Shown here piece by piece: positions 48,213-56,695 of a DNA stretch of 64,000 bases. A program made the position numbers and the translations under genes. Each line of letters begins with the position of its first letter. Position 1 is the stretch's first letter. Where the stretch lies: IMG/VR virus record IMGVR_UViG_3300021255_002129; one strand, given 5' to 3'. The notes under the pieces were generated by a model. The model ran no database searches. It saw only the letters and a list, made by a program, of their open reading frames with translations, and had not been told where the DNA came from. Source of the stretch: a virus. Taxonomy: Duplodnaviria > Heunggongvirae > Uroviricota > Caudoviricetes.

Positions 48213-48358
48213 ACAATAAGAAGAGTAGCTTTTATATAAAAGCTATTCTTCTTTTTTTTTGCATAAAAAAATTGCGGAAACCCGATATATTAAATCAAAG
48301 GTTTCCGCATATATTAGACTTATTACAAAGTCCATTGAAAGGGAATGAATGAAAAATC

Positions 48359-48525
48359 TAGACAAGAAGAATATTCTAAATTGCTTTCGTTAGAGGAATA
48401 CCCCAATATTCCATAACAGATATTCCCTTCTACGCTCTCCAAGAGAGTTGTTATATATTATTAATATATACTTTTTATAATTCCAATTCAAAACTATTTT
48501 CTATTATTTGCTGTTTTCTTGTCTA
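48359..48525 (-). ncRNA. ACAGC-stem RNA, copy 1
   Basis: TAGACAAGAA-AACAGCAA...TTCTTGTCTA terminal helix; own promoter at about 48543-48571. Confidence 0.55.
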
Positions 48526-48579
48526 ATTTATTTTACATTTATATTATATCAAAAATTTTTTATTTTGTCAAAATTTTAA

Positions 48580-48665
48580 TGGTGGGCAGAGATGGATTTG
48601 AACCACCGTAGACCGAAGCCAAGGGATTTACAGTCCCCCGCATTTGACCGCTCTGCCATCTGCCC
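48580..48665 (-). tRNA. tRNA-Tyr(GTA)
   Basis: Cloverleaf with long variable arm and encoded CCA. Confidence 0.95.
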
Positions 48666-48668
48666 ATA

Positions 48669-48745
48669 TGGTGTCCCGCCAGAGATTCGAACTCCGGACC
48701 GATCCCTTAGAAGGGGATTGCTCTATCCAACTGAGCTAGCGGGAC
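48669..48745 (-). tRNA. tRNA-Arg(TCT)
   Basis: ATCCC-CTTCTAA-GGGAT; CCA end. Confidence 0.95.
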
Positions 48746-48754
48746 ATTTATAAA

Positions 48755-48946
48755 AATAGAGGATAGGATTTCGACCTATATCTCCGTCTTAGCAGGACGG
48801 TGTATTACTCCATTTCAGTTCTAGAAACTTACTCTTTTGTTATTAGTTTCCTCCTTGCTTGGTCATTAACATCACTATAGTTTTTAGTTAATCTCTTCCT
48901 TTATAGCACAAGGCAATCTCCTTTACGAACTCTATACTACCTCTAT
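48755..48946 (-). ncRNA. tRNA-like RNA (GCT loop) with a 128-nt D-loop
   Basis: All four tRNA stems are perfect; the D-loop is expanded. Confidence 0.7.
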
Positions 48947-48958
48947 AAATAAACTTAA

Positions 48959-49035
48959 TGGCGCCTCAGGCAGGGCTTGAACCTGCGACACCGCGGTTAA
49001 CAGCCGCGTGCTCGTACCAACTGAGCTACTGAGGC
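48959..49035 (-). tRNA. tRNA-Asn(GTT)
   Basis: CGCGG-CTGTTAA-CCGCG. Confidence 0.95.
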
Positions 49036-49036
49036 A

Positions 49037-49115
49037 TGGTCGGGGATGAGAGATTTGAACTCCCGATTTCTTGCTCCCAAAGCAAGCGCCCTAAGCCAAA
49101 CTAGACCAATCCCCG
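49037..49115 (-). tRNA. tRNA-Pro(TGG)
   Basis: CTTGC-TTTGGGA-GCAAG. Confidence 0.95.
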
Positions 49116-49121
49116 ATATTC

Positions 49122-49195
49122 AAGACACATTTTTCCAATTTAGCAGATTGGTGATAATGGCGCTATCCTAACTATTAAATTGCTGTTCGTGTCTT
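49122..49195 (-). ncRNA. ACAGC-stem RNA, copy 2
   Basis: AAGACAC-GAACAGCAA...GTGTCTT. Confidence 0.55.
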
Positions 49196-49345
49196 TTTTT
49201 ATAATATTTATATTTCAAAAGCCAATAAAGTGCCTTTATATAGTGTTTACTATAACTATATGCAATATATCTTCTTTCAGCATAAATTTCTAATTCACAA
49301 TACAGCTTTTTCATATACATATCTTCCTTCTTCAACAAAATTAAA

Positions 49346-49422
49346 TGGTGCGGGTACAAGGACTTGAACCTTGGACCCCCAGTTTGTAGGACTGGTGCTC
49401 TAACCAACTGAGCTATACCCGC
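49346..49422 (-). tRNA. tRNA-Val(TAC), with C33
   Basis: CCAGT-CCTACAA-ACTGG. Confidence 0.9.
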
Positions 49423-49702
49423 ATATATATCTCTAAACAAATATCTCCACAACCAGTGTTTTAATACTGTCTGCGCCTCACCGCACTTGCAATCAAAGGC
49501 GTTCCTTCCTTCAATTCTTGTAGAAATATATATCATTTCCCCTTTATAATATTTACCATCGCTATCTGATTTCTTCAATAGCCACATCCCAATTAAGATT
49601 TTCACTTAATACTTTACTCCAAGTTACCATAGGACACGCCCTTAGGTTTTTATCGCTCCATACCGGATTACGCTTGGATTTAAAATAATTATAAAAGTTC
49701 AA

Positions 49703-49775
49703 TGGTATAGATAAGAAGAATTGCACTTCTATTACCGTGTATCAAGCGGCAGTTTTACTATTAAACTATATCTAT
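49703..49775 (-). tRNA. Divergent tRNA-Ile(GAT)
   Basis: Cloverleaf with CCA, but AT-rich, with a C-A mismatch in the anticodon stem and a TGCAATT T-loop. Confidence 0.6.
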
Positions 49776-49798
49776 ATATACAAAAGGTAAAAATAATT

Positions 49799-50254
49799 TT
49801 ACCAAAATTTAGCTTCAACTAAACAATAAACATCTTGCCCATTAATATTTCTACTATTTATTGTTCTTTCTATATAATTTTCACAATCATCTTCATAATT
49901 TAACCATTCATCAATAGTAAAATATTGCTCTCCATCATCACGAAAATAATTATAATTATCTTGAAAATATTGATAAAGATTTTCTTGCTTAAGATATTCT
50001 TCTGGCATATAATCATCCATAGTCCATTGTTTTAATCTAATAATATTTTTAAACTCTTCATCTGAATAATTATAATGATTAATTAAACCATTTTCTTTAT
50101 AAAAAGTGAATAATTTATTTATTTCTACATCTACTTCTTGCTTATTAATAAAATTAAAATCTTCATAATTACTAAGATAACATTCTCCATTAGCAAATCT
50201 GTCATACTCTTCTTTTGATAAAATGCTTGTATTTATATATAAACTCATTCCCAT
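49799..50254 (-). CDS. Hypothetical protein
   Basis: Own promoter and RBS. Confidence 0.6.
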   Translation of the reverse strand: MGMSLYINTSILSKEEYDRFANGECYLSNYEDFNFINKQEVDVEINKLFTFYKENGLINHYNYSDEEFKNIIRLKQWTMDDYMPEEYLKQENLYQYFQDNYNYFRDDGEQYFTIDEWLNYEDDCENYIERTINSRNINGQDVYCLVEAKFW

Positions 50255-50321
50255 AAATAATTTTCCTTTCTTATTTATATAAATATTATATGATATTTTT
50301 TAAAAATAATCAAATATTTTT

Positions 50322-50398
50322 TGGTGGCAGCGGTAGGACTCGAACCTACGACCTTCCCGGTATGAACGGGATGCTCTAGCCAACTGAGCTACGCCGCC
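50322..50398 (-). tRNA. tRNA-Met(CAT), elongator type
   Basis: GGCGGCG acceptor strand; TTCATAC loop. Confidence 0.9.
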
Positions 50399-50405
50399 AC
50401 GAGGG

Positions 50406-51356
50406 TTAATACCAATTCTTTGATTGGAAATGACTCCATGCATTAGCTGGTGAACCATATCTTTCTTTGATATATTTTAATCCCCATCTAATTTGAGTAT
50501 ATCCATTTGTATAATAATCTGCCCCTTCGTTTGCCATTCTTGAAGCAGGTAAAGACTGAGGAATACCATGAGCCCCTGAAGACCCATTATGAGAATTTGG
50601 ATTCCATCCACTTTCTTTCTCCCATAAATTAACTAAACATTGGAAATCATATTCTGACCATCCATATGTATTAATTACTAAATCATGAGCATACTGTTGA
50701 TATTCGGCTTTGCTTCCTGTCTTTGCAGGAAAAACATTTTGTTGCTGTTGTCTCTTTTTTTCGGCAGCCGCTTCTCGTTCAGCTTTTTTTCTAGCTTCTT
50801 CTTGAGCCTTTCTTCTAGCTTCTTCTGCTGCTTTAGCCTTTTCATATGCCGCTTTTTTATCTGCGATTATGTTTGTTAAATCTTCATCAGATGTTTCTTT
50901 ATTCACCATTAATCTTGCAGTAGTCATTTCATATTTTTGGCTAGTGTATTGCTGAATATTATTAATGAATTCTTTACATTTTTCTTTATTTTTAAATATA
51001 TAATCTTTATCGTCTATTGTAATTTTATAATAAGTTGCATAAAAATCATATTTTTTAATAACTGTATCTTCAATGCTGTTGTTTAAATTAACTGATGGTC
51101 TATATACCATATTGTTTTTTTGCATTTCTTGAATGATTTTATTTAACTCATAAGATACTTCTTCATATCCTTGTTCAGTTAATTTTTGTTTATGTTCATC
51201 TAATATCTTCATCTCAAAATTTTGTAATTCTAATGCTGTGTTTTTACTTTTTGTCTTTTGCATTGTTAGAAATATTCCTCCAACTATACAAATTGTAAGC
51301 AATAAACTAACTAAAAATATTTTAAACCAATGTGTATTCTTCATATATATACCCAT
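50406..51356 (-). CDS. Membrane-anchored lytic transglycosylase (SLT/lysozyme-like C-terminal domain)
   Basis: N-terminal TM helix, coiled coil, ESGWN..SSGAHGIPQ..QIRWGLKYIKERYG. Confidence 0.85.
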   Translation of the reverse strand: MGIYMKNTHWFKIFLVSLLLTICIVGGIFLTMQKTKSKNTALELQNFEMKILDEHKQKLTEQGYEEVSYELNKIIQEMQKNNMVYRPSVNLNNSIEDTVIKKYDFYATYYKITIDDKDYIFKNKEKCKEFINNIQQYTSQKYEMTTARLMVNKETSDEDLTNIIADKKAAYEKAKAAEEARRKAQEEARKKAEREAAAEKKRQQQQNVFPAKTGSKAEYQQYAHDLVINTYGWSEYDFQCLVNLWEKESGWNPNSHNGSSGAHGIPQSLPASRMANEGADYYTNGYTQIRWGLKYIKERYGSPANAWSHFQSKNWY

Positions 51357-51407
51357 TTACCTTTCTGTAAAATCTAAAAAGATAAAAAACTTTAAAAACA
51401 AATTTAA

Positions 51408-51494
51408 TGGTGGGCGAGGAGGGACTTGAACCCTCACGGTCTTGCGACCATAGCATTTTAAGTGCTATGTGTCTACCTATTCCACCACTCGCCC
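51408..51494 (-). tRNA. tRNA-Leu(TAA)
   Basis: TAGCA-CTTAAAA-TGCTA; long variable arm. Confidence 0.95.
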
Positions 51495-51592
51495 ATTTTA
51501 AGGGAGGTTATAACTCCCTTACGGGATACCACTTATTTTAATCTAAACAAGAAATCTACAAATTATTCAATATTATTAATAGTAATTAATTA

Positions 51593-51668
51593 TGGTGGGG
51601 CGGGGAGGGATTGAACCTCCGACACCAGGATTTTCAGTCCTGTGCTCTGCCAACTGAGCTACCGCCCC
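51593..51668 (-). tRNA. tRNA-Phe(GAA)
   Basis: CAGGA-CTGAAAA-TCCTG. Confidence 0.95.
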
Positions 51669-51669
51669 A

Positions 51670-51746
51670 TGGTACTCCCCCAGAGAGTCGAACTCTGAAA
51701 CAGTAGATTCTAAGTCTACTCGCTTTGCCATTTTGCGTAGAGGAGC
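51670..51746 (-). tRNA. tRNA-Leu(TAG) lacking the long variable arm
   Basis: GTAGA-CTTAGAA-TCTAC; 5-nt variable loop. Confidence 0.8.
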
Positions 51747-51749
51747 AAA

Positions 51750-51824
51750 TGGTGTGAGGTAAGAGAATCGAACTCTTATTAATGGTGCCACAAACCACCG
51801 CACTACCATTGTGCTAACCTCACC
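51750..51824 (-). tRNA. tRNA-His(GTG), G-1 encoded, A73
   Basis: G-GTGAGGT/ACCTCAC-A-CCA; loop TTGTGGC. Confidence 0.9.
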
Positions 51825-51827
51825 ATA

Positions 51828-52253
51828 TTATTTATCAAGAATATATTGGACATCTGCAAATACATCTTTAATATTGTCCCAACTTTCTTGATTAAACATT
51901 CCACATATATATTTTTCTAATAAATTATAATAACAAATAGTTAAATACATAAAATCCATTTTATCTTTATACACTTCATCAATAGGTAGTAAATTATAAT
52001 TAGGTTTTAAACTAACTATTTTTTCCCATACTGAATTCATAGTTCTAATTTTTCTTCTATTCATCTCTTCTCTTAAATAATAAGCATAAGATATAAAATG
52101 GTCATAATCATAATCTAATACAAAGTTTACCAAAATATGATTTGGAGTTCCATTTTTTTGAATAGCCCCTGCAATAGCAGATAGCTCTCTCCATTGTGCT
52201 TGTAAGTGCATATTTGGCAATGCCTTAATCAATTTTGTATGCCATAATCTCAT
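51828..52253 (-). CDS. Pyrimidine-dimer DNA glycosylase (endonuclease V)-like protein
   Basis: MRLWH..L..LP..HL..QWREL...EM..R motif. Confidence 0.7.
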   Translation of the reverse strand: MRLWHTKLIKALPNMHLQAQWRELSAIAGAIQKNGTPNHILVNFVLDYDYDHFISYAYYLREEMNRRKIRTMNSVWEKIVSLKPNYNLLPIDEVYKDKMDFMYLTICYYNLLEKYICGMFNQESWDNIKDVFADVQYILDK

Positions 52254-52312
52254 TTCATTCACTTCCTTTATTATATAATTATTATATCATATATTTTTAT
52301 TAAAATCAATAA

Positions 52313-52401
52313 TGGCGCCCAGTAGAGGACTCGAACCTCTAAGTCGCGTTAACGACCAACGGTTTTCAAGACCGCCCGACTACCAATTATCACAACTGGG
52401 C
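52313..52401 (-). tRNA. tRNA-Ser(TGA)
   Basis: GCGGT-CTTGAAA-ACCGT; long variable arm. Confidence 0.92.
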
Positions 52402-52405
52402 AAAA

Positions 52406-52481
52406 TGGTGGCTCCGGTGCGGATCGAACGCACGACCCTTTGATTAAAAGTCAAATGCTCTACCTTCTGAGCTACGGAACC
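52406..52481 (-). tRNA. tRNA-Lys(TTT)
   Basis: TTTGA-CTTTTAA-TCAAA. Confidence 0.95.
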
Positions 52482-52485
52482 AAAA

Positions 52486-52567
52486 GGTAGACTGAGAAGG
52501 AGTTGAACCTTCTAACCTCTTAATATAATATTAAGTGTTCTATACCGATTTTGAACTATTCAATCTA
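52486..52567 (-). ncRNA. Degenerate tRNA-like RNA (TATTATA loop)
   Basis: Acceptor, D (GTTC/GAAC), CTTAA/TTAAG and T arm present; non-canonical loop; no CCA. Confidence 0.55.
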
Positions 52568-52569
52568 TA

Positions 52570-52663
52570 TGGCGTCCGCAGTAGGATTCGAACCTACGCA
52601 CCGATAACTCGGTCTAATGCTTTAGCAAAGCATCCCCTTATGACCAGACTTGGGTATACGGAC
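52570..52663 (-). tRNA. tRNA-Ser(GCT)
   Basis: ATGCT-TTGCTAA-AGCAT; long variable arm. Confidence 0.93.
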
Positions 52664-52664
52664 A

Positions 52665-53081
52665 TTAATACCAAAGATGATTATAATATTTGATAAATAA
52701 TCTCATACCATATTTTATCTTTTTTTGTCTATTTTTACTTGCTTTAACTCTTTCCGCCTCATTAGGATATTGAAGTCTATCCCAAGTATTATCTTCTAAT
52801 ATTTGGAGTTTAAATGCTTCAATCATTTTATCAATAATATCTTTCCATTGTTCAAAAGTCATAAATCCAGGATGTCCTACTAAACAATGGTCGCGGAAAT
52901 AGCATAATTGTGAATAAATATATAAACTTAATGAATAATCTAAACTAAAATGTTCTGCATCTACAAAACCTTCTTCATCAGGTTTATATCTATCATCTAT
53001 TTCTTGTGTTTCTTTATTAAAAAGCCAATTATGTTCATCTATACCTAATTCTTTTAAATATTTATTTAATTTTAAAATCAT
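52665..53081 (-). CDS. Hypothetical phage protein
   Basis: AAGGAG RBS before MILKLN; W..IIDKMIEAF...GMRLFIKYYNHLWY. Confidence 0.65.
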   Translation of the reverse strand: MILKLNKYLKELGIDEHNWLFNKETQEIDDRYKPDEEGFVDAEHFSLDYSLSLYIYSQLCYFRDHCLVGHPGFMTFEQWKDIIDKMIEAFKLQILEDNTWDRLQYPNEAERVKASKNRQKKIKYGMRLFIKYYNHLWY

Positions 53082-53427
53082 TATAATCAGCTCCTTTATT
53101 CTATAAAAATAGCATCTAGTTAATTTATTACGCACATAATCGAGTTGTGTTAATAAATTAGAACGAATATGCTTTGTGTCCCATTTTAAACATATTCCAA
53201 TACTAGATGCACACGATACTTTATCTCGATATCAGGATGACCTCGTGTATAAGCGGAAGAGCTCGAGATCGATAATATGAGAATTTTCTACTATTTATAA
53301 CAAAGTTTTATCTCTTCCGCTTATATGCGAGTTCATCACTTAATAGCGAGTTCATCACTTAATAGCGACTCCTATCAGCCCTATTGGCAATGACCTCATA
53401 AACGCTACTTTAGATAGGTTTAGGCAC

Positions 53428-53757
53428 TTAGCAGCTTAGCCCATCGTTATAGTTGTCTATTATATATTTTGCTAATATTCTCACATTTGGTTTAACTTGA
53501 GAATATACATCTATTTTTTCATATTTATTTAAGTCAGTTTCAAAAGCATCACTAACCGATATTTCATACTCTCTTTTACTCCAGAAAGCGTATTGTAATT
53601 GTTTTTCTAATTTTTCAACAAAATCTTCAAAAGTAATATAGTTATCTAAAAGTTCTTTTACACCATCTACAAAACGGCAACTCCTAAATATATTAAAATT
53701 TTCTACTTTCTTTCCATTGAAATCATAATTCAAAACATACCATTTTAAATTTTCCAT
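53428..53757 (-). CDS. Hypothetical phage protein
   Basis: LKWYVL..FNIF..FWSKREYE..KIDVYSQ. Confidence 0.65.
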   Translation of the reverse strand: MENLKWYVLNYDFNGKKVENFNIFRSCRFVDGVKELLDNYITFEDFVEKLEKQLQYAFWSKREYEISVSDAFETDLNKYEKIDVYSQVKPNVRILAKYIIDNYNDGLSC

Positions 53758-53986
53758 ATTATCACTCTCTTTCAAGATTCTAATTAGTCAATTTTAGTTG
53801 ACTAAACTTTTTTCGCAGACCCAACCCACAAACGGTCTAATGGAGAGCCTTCGTTCCCTAGCCAAACACCACCTTACTCATAAAGAGTAAGATAATGCAA
53901 GGATACTCTCGTTTCCACAAAAGTTCTTTATTTATTATATATATATTATATAATAATTTTTATAAAAAATCAATTATCTTTAAAAA

Positions 53987-54060
53987 TGGCAGGAGTGGAA
54001 GGTAACGCTCCCTCGTCTGGAGTTTTGGAGACTCTTATTCTACTATTGAACTACACTCCT
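53987..54060 (-). tRNA. tRNA-Trp(CCA), atypical T-loop
   Basis: AGAGT-CTCCAAA-ACTCC, G73, T-loop AGCGTTA. Confidence 0.85.
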
Positions 54061-54063
54061 ATA

Positions 54064-54159
54064 TGGCACGGGCTCTAGGATTCGAACCCAGACCCCGGGT
54101 TTTGGAGACCCGTCTTTACGGTTTTGAAGACCGCTGTGCTACCGTTACACTAAGCCCGT
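54064..54159 (-). tRNA. tRNA-Trp(TCA) carrying a second, CCA anticodon arm in the variable-arm position
   Basis: ACGGGCT/AGCCCGT-G-CCA; GCGGT-CTTCAAA-ACCGT; AAAGA; CGGGT-CTCCAAA-ACCCG; canonical D and T arms. Confidence 0.85.
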
Positions 54160-54166
54160 ATAAAAA

Positions 54167-54808
54167 TTAAATATATAATCAACAATGTTGGTAAGCAGAT
54201 TTTCTTATTCCATTACAACATTGTGATATATGAGCAGAAATTCCTTTAATATTATCTTTAGATAAATTATTATTAATACAGTATTGGCTTGCTTCTGCTA
54301 CACTTTTAAATCTTTTTATTTCTTGCTTTGTTTTTTTATTTAACATTATTACTTGTTTTTCTTGTGATTTAACACTTTGTATATTTATATCGTTTTGAGA
54401 AATCCTTCCCTTTTCTTTCAAAATCTGAGAAATATATCCTTTATCATGACCAGTTTTATTTGCTATTTCTGTGATATTTAACCCCTTTAAAAACAAATCA
54501 ATAATTACTTCATAATTTATATAAGATTTTCCATCGCCGCCTAAAGTTGCATTATAACCATTTTCAAAAGAATTATAATATTTAATTCAATATTTTTCTC
54601 TTTCTTCTAAATTATTACACTCTTCTATTTTTTCTATTGAAAAATGTTCTATTCCATATTTATTCATAGCTTTATATAAGGGTCTATTTTCATAACCTTT
54701 TTTACTATCTTGACAATGTTCTTTAAACCTTTTTTCTATATTAAATTCAGTTTTTCCAATATAAATTTTATTATTTATATCGTTGACAATTTTATAAATA
54801 TATCCCAT
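54167..54808 (-). CDS. GIY-YIG homing endonuclease with NUMOD1-like C-terminus (213 aa, code 4)
   Basis: GYIYKI..YIGKT..R.KEH; REKY-W(TGA)-IKYYNSFENGYNATLGGDG joins two track ORFs. Confidence 0.88.
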
Positions 54809-54874
54809 AAATTTATCCTCCTTATTATAAATATGAATTTTTGGCAGGATAAATTATACAAAGTTGCCAAAAAA

Positions 54875-55579
54875 TTATTGTTTTGCTATTTCTTCAAGAG
54901 CATCTCTAAATACATCAAACTCCGCCCTATCAGTTAGAGAAAAGAATGGATATTGCATTACTCTTAAAGGCTCATTAAATTTAACATCGTATTTAATTTC
55001 CACTATTGTATTAGAAAAATTTTTTTCTTCACATAGTTTTATATACATTGTCCTTTTTAAAGCAGGGCAATCATTTATATTACATTGTTCAATAGCTTCA
55101 TACATAACACTTGGATAATCTATTATCATAGGAATATGAACTTCATAATTTTCAAAATTTCCAAATCTTTTTAAGAATGAGTCAATATTTAATCCATATG
55201 CTGATAATTTAAGTTTATTTATTTTTTCATTGATAATATAAGTTGTTAAAGACCTGTTTTGTAAAGTATCAAAATAATAACAAGGAATAGTATCAACACT
55301 TTCAGTTAAAAAGAAATCGTCATTAAATAAAATAAAAGGATTTCCAATTGTTTCAATATAAGTTTTTACTAAAAAATTACTATCTAACCACTTATTATAT
55401 TTTTGTTCATTTACAACAATATTAATAACTGAGTCTTTAAATTGATTAACCTCATCACCAATAATATAAATGTTATCACAATTAATTTTTAAATTCTTTT
55501 TAATTAATTTGATACACATATCAAGCTCGTCAGTCCCGCATGTGTTTCTAAAAGGTATTACTATATTCACCTGACTCAC
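54875..55579 (-). CDS. Stealth-like/glycosyl-phosphotransferase-like protein
   Basis: IVIPF..DEL...FILFNDDFF...YEVHIP motifs. Confidence 0.55.
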   Translation of the reverse strand: MSQVNIVIPFRNTCGTDELDMCIKLIKKNLKINCDNIYIIGDEVNQFKDSVINIVVNEQKYNKWLDSNFLVKTYIETIGNPFILFNDDFFLTESVDTIPCYYFDTLQNRSLTTYIINEKINKLKLSAYGLNIDSFLKRFGNFENYEVHIPMIIDYPSVMYEAIEQCNINDCPALKRTMYIKLCEEKNFSNTIVEIKYDVKFNEPLRVMQYPFFSLTDRAEFDVFRDALEEIAKQ

Positions 55580-55598
55580 TTCCTTTTATCATATTAAA

Positions 55599-55675
55599 TG
55601 GCGGTTCCTACGGGACTCGAACCCGCGATCTTTTGCGTGACAGGCAAACGTGTTAACCAGCTGCACCAAGGAACC
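55599..55675 (-). tRNA. tRNA-Asp(GTC)
   Basis: TTTGC-CTGTCAC-GCAAA. Confidence 0.95.
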
Positions 55676-55680
55676 AAGAC

Positions 55681-55823
55681 AAGACACTTATAAATAAATT
55701 TACTGGTGCTCTATCCAGTTGAGCTAATCTCCCATATAAAATGTCGGGAGATAGAGGATTTGAACCTCTGACCGCCAGTTCCCTGCCTTAATTTATAAAT
55801 AATTATTTGGCTGTTCGTGTCTT
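55681..55823 (-). ncRNA. ACAGC-stem RNA, copy 3, containing a circularly permuted tRNA module (YrlA-like)
   Basis: Order T arm, closed acceptor stem, D arm inside an AAGACAC/GTGTCTT terminal stem. Confidence 0.8.
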
Positions 55824-55861
55824 TTATATATATTAAAAGCAAAATGCTTTTATTATCAAAT

Positions 55862-55937
55862 TGGTGACGTCGGCGGGATTCGAACCCGCGAATGTTGCCG
55901 TGAAAGGGCAATGTGTTAACCGCTTCACCACGACGCC
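55862..55937 (-). tRNA. tRNA-Glu(TTC)
   Basis: TTGCC-CTTTCAC-GGCAA. Confidence 0.95.
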
Positions 55938-56077
55938 ATAATAATATGTTGGCGGTTGTAGCAATCAACACTCTTTACTCTCTGTGCCACTGAGATACCA
56001 ACAAGAATTTTATTATGGTCTTTTTATTTACATATATATTATATAATATTTTTTAAATATTATCAATTATAATCAAA

Positions 56078-56151
56078 TGGAGGGGTAGATGGGAATCGAA
56101 CCCACGTCGTCTGCTTGGAAGGCAGAGGTCCTACCTCTGAACGACTACCCC
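56078..56151 (-). tRNA. tRNA-Gly(TCC)
   Basis: TCTGC-CTTCCAA-GCAGA. Confidence 0.95.
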
Positions 56152-56154
56152 AAA

Positions 56155-56254
56155 TGGAGCAAAAGTCAAGGTATTGCCTTATCTTCATTCATACCCATTT
56201 TATAAGTTAAGTCGCAATACAACCTTATAAAACCTCTTTGAATTACTCTTTTGC
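56155..56254 (-). ncRNA. CCA-ended tRNA-like RNA without a canonical anticodon arm
   Basis: GCAAAAG/CTTTTGC-T-CCA; internal TTTTATAAG/CTTATAAAA hairpin. Confidence 0.55.
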
Positions 56255-56259
56255 ATATA

Positions 56260-56335
56260 TGGTGCCGGCTTCAGGACTTGAACCCGAAACCTACTGATTA
56301 CAAATCAGTTGCTCTACCAATTGAGCTAAGCCGGC
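56260..56335 (-). tRNA. tRNA-Thr(TGT)
   Basis: ACTGA-TTTGTAA-TCAGT. Confidence 0.95.
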
Positions 56336-56695
56336 ATATTAAATGGACGAATGCTTTATAAATGACTTTTAGGTGGTTTCGTCCTGTCATTCACCTATAC
56401 GAATACGCATTTTGCGTAATCTCCGCTCCTTCAACACTTGGTCAATGAGCTAACATTTACAGATTTCTCTGCAATAGGACTTATCTACTTCTTGAGCAGT
56501 AAGTGTTAGTTTTTACTATTCCTTCAGTTATGGATAAGCAATAGCTAAGCAACCATCTATCTCTTTCACCATAGCAGCGGTGAGGTTTCTTACGCCCAAG
56601 CCTCACTAAACGGTGTGGTCTATCTACCAGTAAAACTATAACTTGGTGTGCGTGACACAGCCCGCACTATATTAAACTTTTTATTCTTTTTATAC

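Noticed and set aside
52486..52567. Ochre (TTA) suppressor tRNA
   Set aside because: The loop lacks U33 and purine 37, can self-pair, and there is no CCA; TAA is the main stop codon here
53327..53368. 19-bp tandem repeat GCGAGTTCATCACTTAATA read as CRISPR
   Set aside because: Only two adjacent copies, no spacers and no cas genes
37075..54159. UCA-anticodon RNAs read as selenocysteine tRNA
   Set aside because: 54064-54159 has a 7/5 fold and a 4-bp D stem, and 37075-37144 has no long variable arm; TGA sites fall at Trp positions and no sel genes are seen
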